Part shown: one piece after another, positions 63,391 through 64,000 of the stretch | How positions within the stretch are numbered: position 1 is the stretch's first letter | How the letters are laid out: every line of letters starts with the position of its first letter | Origin: Leucoraja erinacea | Taxonomy: Eukaryota | DNA length: 64,000 nt | Assembly (NCBI RefSeq): GCF_028641065.1 | Contig: NC_073410.1 | Span: 6,448,001-6,512,000 of the forward strand | Direction: 5' to 3' | Notes under the pieces: model-generated | What the model was told of the DNA's origin: nothing | The model's input: only the letters and a program-made list of their open reading frames with translations | Databases searched by the model: none | Translations under genes and position numbers: made by a program

Positions 63391-64000
63391 ATGAAACCAA
63401 ATGCAATTAAGAATATGGGATAAATGCTGGCTTTGTCAATGATACCCAAGCCGATAAATAAACTTAAGAGTTCAAATAAGTGAATGATTTGCTTTACCGT
63501 TAAACTAAATTTGCATTGTGCAATGGTGGATGAAAGGGCGATTCACAAGACACAGATGAGATAATCCATTTAAGATCACATCAAATCACTGGGAATCTTT
63601 TTTAAACAAGATACAGATCGCTGGAAGTGCTCTATGGGTCAGGAAGCATCTGTGGAGGCAAAAGATGTAAAGATGTTTTGGTTGATAACACGGACCAAAA
63701 CATTGTCCAAAGATAGATAGACACAAAATGTTGGAGTAACTCAGCGGGACAGGCAGCATCTCTGGAGAGAAGGAATGGGTGACATTACAGATCAAGACCC
63801 TTCTTCAAACCAAAGAGAGTTCCACCACTCGCCCATGCTCATTCCCTAACATAAAAGGGTCACACGCTGCTTCCTCCCTGGTATGCCATACTGCTTTAAA
63901 AACCCTACCTGGTTGCATTTTTTAGATTAGATTAGATTAGATTTGTTTATTGTCATTCAGACCTTTCGGTCTGAACGAAATTCTGTTTCCCTGCAGTCAT

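Overview
Vertebrate genomic DNA, most likely a cartilaginous fish such as a skate or ray (inferred from HE1/V-SINE-like, CR1/HER1-like, Deu-SINE-like and Penelope repeats). Four intron-containing genes lie on the + strand. (1) The last 7 coding exons of a strongly diverged SEC24A/B-type COPII subunit (615-9952). (2) A complete hnRNP D/DL/AB-family gene (CDS 15437-40759, 3'UTR intron, last exon about 42851-43225) whose CpG-island promoter is built from ~93-bp tandem GC-box/CCAAT units. (3) Complete BLOC1S2 (47460-51844) with a CLEAR/E-box-rich promoter. (4) The first two coding exons of a diverged SCaMC (SLC25A23/24/25)-type carrier with degenerate EF-hands (60317-61547). Introns and intergenic DNA hold many decayed retroelements, including Penelope fragments with minimal hammerhead-ribozyme cores. 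The main lead is that the SEC24-like and hnRNP-like genes may be extra whole-genome-duplication paralogs absent from mammals. Human comparisons are from recalled sequences and synteny, not from a search.
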